Below are positions 20,191 to 31,600 of a DNA stretch of 64,000 nt, one piece after another. Origin of the DNA: Stegostoma tigrinum (lineage: Eukaryota); NCBI RefSeq assembly GCF_030684315.1, contig NC_081392.1, positions 806,001 to 870,000 on the forward strand. Direction: 5' to 3'. The notes beneath the pieces are model-generated. The model had not been told where the DNA came from, ran no database searches, and worked only from the letters and a program-made list of their open reading frames with translations. Positions within the stretch are counted from its first letter, which is position 1, and each line of letters begins with the position of its first letter. The position numbers were made by a program, and so were the translations under genes.

Positions 20191-22227
20191 ATGGACAGAT
20201 GCATCTGTATACTTTTCCCCTCTTGTCAGTTCCTTCACCACATGTCACAGACCAGGTCTGTCTAACGATTATGTCATTTCGGATTCAACTAGCTCAGTTC
20301 GTCGGGGTTCTGCCGAGCCAATCTTTATGATGGACATTGAAGTTCCCCACCCAGAGTACATTCTGTGCCTTTGCTGCTCTCAGTTTTCCTTTAAGTGGCG
20401 TTCAACACACTGATCAGCCAAAGAGGAAGGTTATGGCGCATGGTCATGAGCAGATTTCAGTGCCCATATTTGACTTGATGCCACAAAACTTCATAGGGTT
20501 TGGAGTCAGTGTGCCTCCTGGCTGTATACCCCTGTGTTCTCCAAAATCTGGTTCACTCTAGGTGAGCTCCATTGAGAAAGAAGAAAAAGCAGACTAAGTT
20601 TAATTCTGGCGCTGCCTTAGATTGAAAACGGCCTGCACCAATCAGCTTTCTCATCCTTAGAGTTCTAGCCAATGGGAACAACAGTGTACCCAGTTTCCTG
20701 CGGATTCCAAACTGGTGGGGATGGAATGCTTTGTTGAGCATCATCTTGTGAAGAGGTAAGTTGGGCTTCTGGTCCGTGATTGATCCGTTGATTGTCTGTC
20801 TGAAATCGATCAGATGTACGTCTCAGACTTACCAATGATTTAAGATGATCTGGTAGATCTGCCATAGGTGACCTTGTAAGCACGCCAGTTGCTTCATGAT
20901 GATTATACGATCTGTATTCCTCCATTAAGGTAAAATTACCTCGTCTCAATTTTTGAATAGGGCTAATTTTAAACCACAATTAAATTTTGGTCAACGTTAA
21001 TAGCTATAGACTTGGGTTCTGAAATTACATTTCCTCCCTCCTAGGATAATTCAAATCAAATATCTAAGAATAAAACATTCTAAGTATATTATAGCACAGA
21101 AAATTGCCTGAGTTAATCGCTGTCAGTCCATTGAATTCCCATTTAATTATTCTCAAGAAGTTTGAAATCCTGAGGTATCAAGTGTGTCTATAACTTTCAG
21201 AATGATCACTTAATATTTTATTTTAAGAATAATTCTACATAATGACATATTAATAGTAACAATATTATAAAGTATAAAATAATTAAAACAGTTAATTCAT
21301 CCAGAAATAAATGTAGGATAAGAAATCCACCTACTTAATCAGCTTATACTACAAATTCACTTAAAAATAAACATAGGATATTCAAATAATTCAAACAAAT
21401 AGGTAGAAATTGTAATTTTTGTTTTATCTCAGCTTTGAGTTTATTTTTATGAAGCCTCTGAGCTTGACCAGAGATGGCACGGTTACATGCTTCCCTTCAA
21501 GCTAGATTTAAAGAAAGTCCCATGCTTTTTATTTTAATTTGACGTGGATGTGAGTGTGATTATTGCCCAGAGAGCATCACCCACACTGCTATGGATTTGG
21601 AGAGACAAAACCAGACAAGATTGAGAGATTTCCTTCCCTAAAAAGTGTAAGTGAGCCAGCAATGGCATGGTTATATGGTTATCATTAGACTAACTTTTAT
21701 TCCAGATTTTAATTGAATTCATATTTTATGATCTACTAAGGTGGAATTTGAACCTATATATCCATAGAAAACGAAGACTGGTTTCCCTTCATGGGTACAG
21801 GATAGTACAAACTCCTTCGCAACGTACCCATAAACAAGGACAAGTGGATAAGCTGAAAAAACATTCAAAGTGTTTGCCCACAAATAGAACGTCACTTTTG
21901 GTACATCATATCCCAAGTTTCATTTGGCTAGACTTGTACATAGAAACATTGCAGAAGTTTTACTCATATCTCACTGTTCGCATCACAGAAGTTAACCCCA
22001 AGAGGGAAATAAACAGTCAAAAAGCACAACAATACTTGAAATGAACATCCTGGATGTACTGGAGCTCTATTTTGAAGAATACGAGATGAGTCAACCCAAT
22101 TGATCTCAAATCAGTTTTACTGTTTTTTCCTTCTGGGCCTGAGGCATTGAATCAAGGAACAAGAGTAGGATAATTGGCCCTTCAAGACAGCTCTACTATA
22201 TGCTCATGGCTAAACATCCAACTCAAG

Positions 22228-22558
22228 TGGAGGCCTAGTGATGTCAATATTGGTCTGTTAATCCAGAGACACAGGTAATGTTCTGGAGACCAGAGTTTGA
22301 AGCCATCACAGCAAATGGTGGAAATTGAATTTTTAAAATATTCTGGAATTAAAATTCTCAGAATGACCATTGTTGATTGTGATAAAATCCCATTTCACTA
22401 ATGTCTTTCAGAGAATGAAACTGCCATCCTTACCTAGTCTGATCTACATGTGACTCCGGGCACACACCAATATGATTCACTATTAACTTGCCATTTGAAT
22501 GGACAATAAAAGTTGGCGTAGCCAGAAATGCCCTCATCCCATGAAAGAATAAAGAAAA
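22228..22558 (+). mobile_element. tRNA-derived SINE whose 3' tail matches the LINE at 44998-45690
   Basis: A/B-box-like head, internal ttcactaatgtctttcag.gaa.gaaa.ctgccatccttacc, and tail caataaaagttggcgtagccagaaatgccctcatcccatgaaagaataaa. Confidence 0.7.
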
Positions 22559-23711
22559 TCATCAACTGTCATCCTTTCAGGTCTGTGGCCACAATATGAA
22601 ATGAAAATTTACTCTGTGTACAAACAGCACCTTAAAGCAGGATGAATTCCTGAGTTCCAAATGTTTGATCTCTGCTGAAACATCATACCAGTTATAACAT
22701 TCACTTGAAAAGTTAACTGGATTCAGCAGCAAAACAACAAATACAGTGGCGACAAGAGCAGGCCAGAATCTAGGAATACTGCAGTAAGTAACTCACCTCC
22801 TGACTTCTCAAAGTCTGACCACCATCTACAAGGCACAAGTCAGGAGTGTGATGGAATACTCTCCACTTGCCTGGATGAGTGCAGCCCAAACAATGCTCAA
22901 AGGGTTCTTTTTGCACATTAGATCCCTGTATCAAGGACTATCAGTTAGCTCCCTTCAATAATTATTACCTTTCAAACAGCAAAAGAAATGAACCAAACAG
23001 TTTATCAAAAGTGAAACAAGAGGTTTCTGGGTGAAATGCAGCAAAACAGTTTGCTGTTGAGCTATAGACCCTAGCTAAAATCTTATCAGGAACTCACTCA
23101 CTCGCATCTAAGCATACATGCCCTCACAATCTCTAAAATTGATTGTAATCAGTGTTATATTTAACACTCTTAGAATAAACAGGCACTTTCAAAATTCAGC
23201 GGATGTAGACCAAGGAAAAAAGGATCAATCAGAACAAGGATAGTAGTAACTGCAGATGCTAGAGAATCTGAGATAACAAAGTGTGGAGCTGGATGAACAC
23301 AGCAGGCCAAGCAGCATCAGAGGAGCAGGAAGGCTGGTGTTTTGGGCCTAGACGTAAAGTAACATAAATGTGTCAGCCTGGTTCAGGGTCAAAGCACTAT
23401 TTGAAATGCAGCAAATAATAAAAATGTAATACTTAACATAGCATAATTCTCCCACTTGCAAATTCACTTCTTGCCTTCCACCATTACATCCCACTTGGGA
23501 AAGTACGCTGATTCCTAACCCTCACTACCCTCAAGATTAACACAAAGCACACAAAGTCCCAAATTTATCTGCCCATTGAAATTAAGTGAATGGAAAACTC
23601 TGATCAAGTTTTTGCACTTAACAGGAACTATTGTCTAATACAAATAAGTAATTTCTAATCACAAGTAAACAGCTACAAGCTATCAACATAAGACTACTGT
23701 TTAATACTCTA

Positions 23712-24475
23712 AAACTGGTTGTTGACTTGCTCACTGAACTGGTAAGTTTGTTCGCAGACGTTTTGTCACCATGCTAGGTAACATCATCAATGTGCCTCCG
23801 GTGAAGCATCAGTGTTCTGTTTCACTTGCTATTAATGTGTCTTGGTTTGTTGGGGTGGGTGGCATCACTTCCAGATTTGTTTCTTAGCGGTTGGAATGTG
23901 GGGTCCAGCTCTACATGTTTGTTAATGGGGTTCAGGTTTGAGTGCCAGGCCACCAGGAATTCTCATGCGTGTCTTTGCTTGGCTTGTCCCAGTTGAACTG
24001 GTGTCCCTCTTTGAGTCCACGTGTATTGAAATGAGTGACAGTTGTCTCTTGGGAGCAAGTTGGTGGAGTAATTTAGTGCTCATTTCAGATATGTCCTTAA
24101 TGTATGGTAAGGTGACCAGTGTCTCTGGATGGGTTGTGTCTTCCTGTTGTGATCTGTTGTGTTGGCATTGGTGGACTATGCTTTTCTGGTAATTATTGTT
24201 TCAAAAGACACTGTATAAGTGTTCTTCCTTGGCCTTGCGTTGCTCCAGGCTGCTGCAGTGTGTTGTGCTTCACTTGAACAGTGTTTTGATGCAGCCTCAT
24301 TTGTTAAAGCAAACCACGATACATAAGTAACAGGTGAGACAGAACACTGACACTTCGCTGATGGCATCCTGAGGATATTACCTAGCCTGGGAACAAAATG
24401 CCTGCAAATAAACAGTTTGGCAAGCAAGTCAACAATCGCATCAACACTCGAGCTGCAAATCTTCTCAAAAATCTT
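23712..24475 (-). mobile_element. Penelope-like element fragment of a different family, with inverted terminal repeat
   Basis: Minus translation gives PETLVTLPYIKDISEM and QRHA*EFLVAWHSNLNPINKHVELDP. Decayed hammerhead TGATGA-TGTTACCTAGCATGGTGAC-AAAACGTC at ~23755-23790, with an inverted copy at ~24369-24402. Confidence 0.7.
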
Positions 24476-24999
24476 GTATACTCAAAAACCCTTACAAATA
24501 CATTCAGACAGACATAGACAAACAAAAAATGTAGTTTTATGGGTGGACAGGAAAAAACTGGGAACTACAGCTCAATGGTACAAATCTATAGAGTCCGCTA
24601 AAATGATCCTTTTGGTTGGCCCGGACTTTCTGCTCTTCCATTACCTTTCTCCAGGTTCCTTCACTTCTCCACAGGAGGCACAGAGTGATTGTTACATCTA
24701 CTGCAAAGTCTCTTAGTTACTGGTTAACAGCAATAGCTTACAGCTACTGGTGAAAAACATAACTGATTTTCTTCAGGCTTCAGGTATTTTACTACAGACA
24801 GAAAGGCACACAACCAATAATTTCTGACATCCAAACACTTATCACTGTATCATTCAGATCCACAAGATACCCTGGAATGAGTTATCATCAGGCTGATGAC
24901 CTTTGATACCCATGACCGGTCACAGTTGCACAAACTGGTCGCAATGTTCTGTCTCTCATGACCTGCTCCATGCCCCAACCTTGGTGATGGGCGGAGCGA

Positions 25000-27770
25000 C
25001 CTCCCCCATTTCTGAAGAAGGGTCCCGACCCGAAATGTCAAGCTTTCCTGCTCCTCCGATGCTGCTTGGCCCGCTGTGCTCATCCAGCTTCACTCTATGT
25101 TATCTCAGATTGTCCAGCATCGGCGGTTCCTACTATCTCTGTAACAATTTTAACCCCCTGGCAAAACCTCTTCTAAGGATGCCTTCCTTAAAGAAGTTAC
25201 CCTCCTCCCTCCAAAACAACCTCAGTTCATTCTTATCCCACTGCAACCCTCTTGTACTTTCTTCCGTCTTGAAACTGCTCGATCATGCCATAAAGCAAAC
25301 CAGGTACTACAGCCACATTTCCTTTCTCAGTACCTGCCTACAGAACCGGATAATCCCCAACAGACTAAAGTCTACATTTAAACCTTCCAAATTTGGCCCC
25401 AACCGCGACGACCACTATAATCAGAACGTTGATCTCCTACAGAACCGTTTCTCGCTGCAACTTCTGAAACACACACTCACTGCGATGCGCTGACATCTCC
25501 AAATACTGCAATCAAGCCTAACCCAACTCAGAGCCTCCCTCTCCCAGACCTGCAAAGGACCTCTCCTGCTTTTTATCCTTCATAAGATCCACAACCTTAA
25601 CTCTCAATTTTACTTGGCTTTATTAGATTCTAAAAACCTAAAGTACTTTAAACTCACAGGTGCTTGCCACCAAACCCAGAACGTTCCCCATCATTTGCCC
25701 GCCACCATTAGCCACCTTTGGAGCACCAACGGGTTTCACAGATGATGTCACATCCACTGTCACCCGGTACACCACTTCCAGTACAACTGACACCATCATC
25801 CCCACTGCTGATGCCACCACCGTCTCCATTTCCAAGGCCGACACAGACATCGAGGATGCTGCTGCCACCTACACAAGCATCGAGGACACCACTTCCACCA
25901 CCATGCTCAATTTGCTGGCCAACGTTGCTCCGCCCATCGCTGAGGTCATTCCTCCCATCACCGAGATCGCTCCGCCCACTGGCGACTTCATTCCGCCCAT
26001 CGCTGACTTTGCTCCGCCCACCACCAATGTTGGTCCACCTACCGCCGATGTCGCTCTGCTCACCACTTTCACAGCCAGCATCTTGAGACAAAACAATAAT
26101 ACTGAGCCCAGCCAAGTCTTCACCATCCCCCAGACCTCCCCCTTACTGAGGACCAACGGTCAATCCTCAGTAAGGGTCTCACATTTGTTCCCCTCCACCC
26201 ACACATTGATGAATATAAGTCTCGTCTGAATGTTGAGCAGTTTTTCCGCCGCCTCTGCCTCGCGCTTATTTCTTTAATCGTGAGACTAACCCTCCCTCTA
26301 CTGATCCCTTATCCCACCTCCTCCTGGACACCACCCCAAGGCCTCCTACCATCCCTCGACCTCTTCATTTCTAATTGCCATCGAGACATCGATCGCCTCA
26401 GCCTCTCCACCCCTCTCACCCACTCCAACCTCTCCCCCGCAGAACGTGCAGCCCTCTGCTCCCTCGACTTCAATCCCGACCTCATCATTAAACCCGCGGA
26501 CAAGGGAGGTGCAGTTGTAGCATGGCGCACTGACCTCTACATTACTGAGGCCAGAGACCAACTCTCCGACACCTGCTTCTACCATCCCCTGGATCATGAC
26601 CCCACCCCCGAGCACCAAACCATTATCTCCCAAACCATCCACAACCTCATCACCTCAGGTGACCTCCCACCCGCAGCCTCTAACCTCATCATTCCCCAAC
26701 CCTGCGCAGCCTGCTTCTATCTCCTTCCCAAAATCCACAAACCTGACTGTCCTGGTCGACCTATTGTCTCCGCCTGCTCCTGCCCCACCAAACTCATCTC
26801 CACCTATCTTGACTCCATTTTCTCCCCCGTGGTCCAGGAACTCCCCACCTACGTCTGTGACATCACCCATGCTCTCCACTTCCTCCAGAACTTCCAATTC
26901 CCCGCTCCCCAATACCTCATTTTCACTCTGGACATCCAGTCCCTATACACCTGCATTCCCCATGCAGATGGCCTAAAATCCCTCTGCTTCTTCCTGTCCC
27001 GCAGACCCAACCAGTGCCCCTCCACTGCCACCCTCATCCGGTAATCCGAACTCGTCCTCATCCTCAACAACTTCTCAATTAATTCCTCCCACTTCCTACA
27101 GACAAAGGGGGTGGCCATGGGTACCTGCATGGGCCCAAGCTATGCCTGCCTCTTTGTAGGGTACATGGAATAATCCCTCTTCCAAAGCTACACTTGCCCT
27201 ATCCCCCATCTCTTCCTCCATTAAATTGATGACTGTTTTAGCACCACCTCGTACTCCCACAAGGAGATTGAACAGTTCATCCACTTCACTGACACCTACC
27301 AACCTTAAGTTTACCTGGACTATCTCTGACACCTCTCTCTCCTTCCTGGACCTTTCTGTCTCCATCTCTGACATCCACCTGGAAACCAATATCCATTTTA
27401 AGCCTATCGACTTCCACAACTACCTAGAATATTCCTCCTCTCTACCACCTTCCTGTAAAAAGGCCGTACCCTATTCCCAATCCCTTTGCCTCCATCGCAT
27501 CTGCTCCTGAGATGAGGCATTTCACTCCCAAACATCCCAGATGTCCACTTTTTTCAAAAACCGCAACTTCCCCTCCACAGTGATCAAAAATGCCCTCGAC
27601 CTGGTCTTCTGCATTTCCCACAACTCAACCCTCACACCCTCTATCCGCAATAATAACCAAAGCAGAGTCCCCCTCATCCTCACGAACCACCCCACCAACC
27701 TCCAAATCCAACACATCATCCCCAACATTTCCACCATCTGCAATCTGACCCCACTAGCAAAGACAAAGAC
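25000..27770 (+). mobile_element. Near-full-length decayed Penelope-like retroelement (5' terminal repeat with hammerhead, N-terminal domain, RT; GIY-YIG end missing)
   Basis: CTGAAGAAGGGTCCCGACCCGAAATGTC at 25012-25039, with the ORF starting MPSLKKLP shortly after. RT motifs IIKPADKGGAVV, FYLLPKIHKPDCPGRPIVS, FTLDIQSLYTCIPH, QTKGVAMGT and LSFLDL. Several stops and frameshifts. Confidence 0.92.
25918..26064 (+). repeat. 21-bp tandem repeat (7 copies) in the Penelope ORF
   Basis: Encodes ANVAPPI/AEVIPPI/TEIAPPT/GDFIPPI/ADFAPPT/TNVGPPT/ADVALLT. Confidence 0.85.
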
Positions 27771-28035
27771 AAAGAATCCCAAACACATGCACGAGCAGGT
27801 TCAGGAACAGCTTCTTATTAGTCATTATCAGACTGATGAATGGACTGTCTAGCCTCAAATAACACTGACCTTGCTAACGTTGATTTCACCTAGTGCCTCC
27901 CCTGTGCAATATAACCCGCATACCGCTGTCTAAGTCTTTTTGATCTGTACATCCTTTGCTTACTATTATCTGTCTGTACCACTTGTAAACAAAGCTTTCA
28001 CTTTATTTCGGTACATGTGAGAATAAATAAATTAA

Positions 28036-28625
28036 TCATGGCAGGACACATAGGAATTTGGAAAACTGAGGCTCCCATAAACAGTTATTTTACTTGGCCG
28101 AAATTGCATTAAGACGTGGTTTTTTAAAACATCAAACTTATGAATTTATAGATAAATCTCAACAAGCAATTTAACCAGTACCCTTAATTCCTATACCAGT
28201 TTTTGAGGAGCCATTCAATTGTATACTAGTGGATTGTGTCAGACCATTACCTTAAATGACAGCTAGAAATGAATATACCTTTACCATTATGGATATAATT
28301 ACTCAATTTCCAGAGGCTGTTCCTTTGAAACAATCAGAGTTAAAGTGGTAGTCAACAATCTCACACCGTTTTTCACATATACAAATGGAAGTACAATCTA
28401 ATCAAGATCAAACTTCATGTCAAAATGTTTTCAAGATATATCAGTAGTTTGGGAATTAAACAATTGAAATCAACTGCATAGCATCCATTGACTTGGTGTT
28501 TTGAGAGCTATCACGAAACTCTCAAAATTATGATCAAAGCCTATTGTTATATGTCTGAAGGATTGGGACAAAGAATTCGATCTCTTATTTGCAACAGAGA
28601 GTCTTGAAACAAATCTACTGGTTAG
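28036..28625 (+). mobile_element. Gypsy (Gmr1-like) integrase fragment
   Basis: MAGHIGIWKT…PLIPIPVFEEPFNCILVDCVRPLP…FTIMDIITQFPEAVPL. Paralogous to 54720-55430. Confidence 0.75.
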
Positions 28626-28679
28626 GAGTCATTGAAAAAATTAATGAGTGTTTTCAAAAGTGTTCATTTTACTGTGTTG

Positions 28680-31600
28680 TGAATACGGAGGTAGAAGAGG
28701 AGATCTGCTTTGGCTGTCTGTCTTCATGTCATAACAGTTGTGAAAGCAGGGCTGCTGTCTGGGTATAACTTGATAGACGAGAGTCTGCAACTATATTAGC
28801 AAAAACTAACAATTTTTATTAACTTTTTATTAACTTTGTACAAGAGAGCTTTAGCAGAATCCTCACTTTCTTGTTCTAGCTCTATGTGATCTGACATTAT
28901 TGATGATGCAGTTTAGCTGTTAAGCCCATCTACTATACTTCCCCTGAAGTCTTTCACTCTACGCTGAACTGTTTGCTCCTACTCTCACCATTCTGTTAAA
29001 GATTATTTTGCAAAGCACATCAATCTCCAACAATGTTCTAGCTCATTTATGAGGAATTGAAGGATGTATCTACTTCAGTATTATCCCTATGAAAAGCAGG
29101 CACATCAGCAGATGTGTCATCTTCGCACAACAGCTGGCACCGTATACCGGAACACTGATGTTGACTTGAAGACAAAAGTATTGAAGAGTGAGCAAAGAAA
29201 GATTGATTCAAAAGACAAATCTTCAGAACCTAAACCACTAAAAACTCATAAAAGGGACGACAACAAATTTAATCCTCCATTGTTTCACGAGGAAATTTTT
29301 TTTTGAAAAGTGAAGCACTTTTGCCTCCCATGTAGACCTTCACAGCTGTATTCTCCACTCTAATGCAATGATGAAAGAACAATTCAATTCAACATCCAGG
29401 AACAGTCATGTAGCTGGAAAGAAGAATTAAGACTTACTTTGAAGCTTGAGGCTTCTTCCCTGCAGATATTGCCCTGTCAGGAATTCCAGCAGAAAGTAGG
29501 ATTTCGTCATCATCAACATAAGAATAAAGATTCAAGCAAGTAGGTGTTCAGAATGGTTTATCCTTGACTTACCTCTCCTCCATTTAATCTATCCTGTCCT
29601 GAAAGAGAAATTAAAGACCTGTAGTATCCTCCTGTGAACCCAGGTGTGCAGTTTCTCCAACGATGACTGATTCAGCATACTTAACTGAAATTTCTTCTGC
29701 AAGTCCTGAAGAAGAAAGTTTCAAGATTACATCAGCATCTCTATATTATATATATGAAAAGAACTGTTGAATAGGAATAATTCATGTCGATGATTATTTT
29801 TCATTATAAGTGTAGTATGCATATGCGCTTGCAAACTTATAGGAATACCTTCTGCACCCTGAAGCTGAATTGTAAAACTGTGGCATTAAAAGAAGGCATA
29901 ACCTTGTTCCTGCATCTGATTTAAATTTTATTTTCTTACCATTAATCATAATATCTGCACATCAGAAAATGTCCTGTTATTTGGTCATTTGTCCAAGAAC
30001 ACATCATCCAATTCTTGGACAGTTGCAGACTGACAATCACTGTTCACCTTCACTTTCACTTATAATCAATTTATGGCTTTTTGTCACCAAAGGTTGTAAA
30101 GTAAATATTGCATTAAGAAAACAGCAGTTATAGTCTGGGAATAGTGACCATGCTGATCTCTTTGAGAACATTCTCTGGTCTTTCTTTCACCTTATTCACT
30201 GTTGAAGTCTCCATCCAATTGTGTAAAATGGCTCTTATGTTGTGTGACGCTCAGCATTATTCACAGTGAAAGCATTGCATCAATGGAGATTTTCCCATCA
30301 CAACATAGACATGAAGTAACACAGGTCTGCTGTCTTCCAATTGCTATTGATTTCTTACTGCATATTGACTGCTATCTGATTTACAAATGAACCAATTTGG
30401 TTGTCAGGACTTGGGAAAGTTCTTTGGTACTGTATGCTGACAGCTGGTAACAGTCAGAAAGAAAGAAATCAGTGTTTGCTAATTTTGGGTGAATCCACCA
30501 AACTATTGTGATTTCTACCAGTGTCGTGTTGTAGAGTAGGAATTGAAGACATGAGTGACTTTAATACAGTAGGCATTTCTTCCCCAATAACACTAGTAAC
30601 TTTGTTCCTAGTATATTAAATGTTCTTGTTCATATTGCTTCCTCAAGTTAAATTGTGATGTGTCAGGAAAGCATTGTTTCTCCAAATGTGTCCACGCCTG
30701 CCGGATGGCCATGTCAGCAGAAGGTCACTATTTTTGACCTACTATTGAAACATTTTCCGAACATTTTCAGGAATGGTTTTATTGCCCCTTGGTAGCATCC
30801 AAACCAACATGGCTTTTGTGGTCACAGCCTGTCACCATCACTTTCACTTATGATCAATTTATGGCTTTTTGTCGCCAAAAGTTGTAAAGTAAATATTGCA
30901 TTAAGAAAACAGCAGTACCTAGGACTTCGATGTTGTGGCCATTTTGGAGACATGGATAGAGCAAGGTCAGGAATAGATGTTGCAGGTTCCAGGGTTTAGA
31001 TCCTTCATAAAGATCAGGGAAGGTGGTAAAAGAGGGGGAAGTGTGTCTTTGTTAGTCAAGGACAGAATAACGGTAGCTGAAAGAACTTTTGACGAGGACT
31101 TGTCTACTGAAGTGGAATGGGCTGAGGTCAGGAACAGGAGAGGAGAGGCCACACTGCTGGGAGTTTTTTATAGGCCTCCACAAAGTTCCAGGGATGTGGA
31201 GGAGAGGATTGGCAAAATGATTCTGGGCAGGAGTGAAAGGAACAGAGTGGTCATTATGGGAGACTTTAACTTCCCCAACATTGATTGGAAAAGCTCTAAC
31301 TCTAGTACGTTGGATGGATCAGTTTTTGTCCAATGTGTGCAGGAGGATTTCCTGACACGGTATGTCAAAGACCCGACAAGAGGGGAGGCCACACTGGATC
31401 TGGTACTTGGTAATGAACCAGGCCAGGCGTTTGATTTAGTGGTAGGTGAGCACTTTGGAGAGAGTGACCATAATTCAGTTACGTTTAGTTTAGTGATGGA
31501 AAGGGATAGGAACATGCCACAGGGCAAGAGTTATAGATGGGGGAAGGGCAATTATGATGTGATTAGGCAAGACTTAGGAGGCATAGAATGGGGTAGCAAA

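Noticed and set aside
25660-26229. Mucin-like host gene
   Set aside because: It lies inside the Penelope ORF between the N-terminal domain and RT, with no splice structure.
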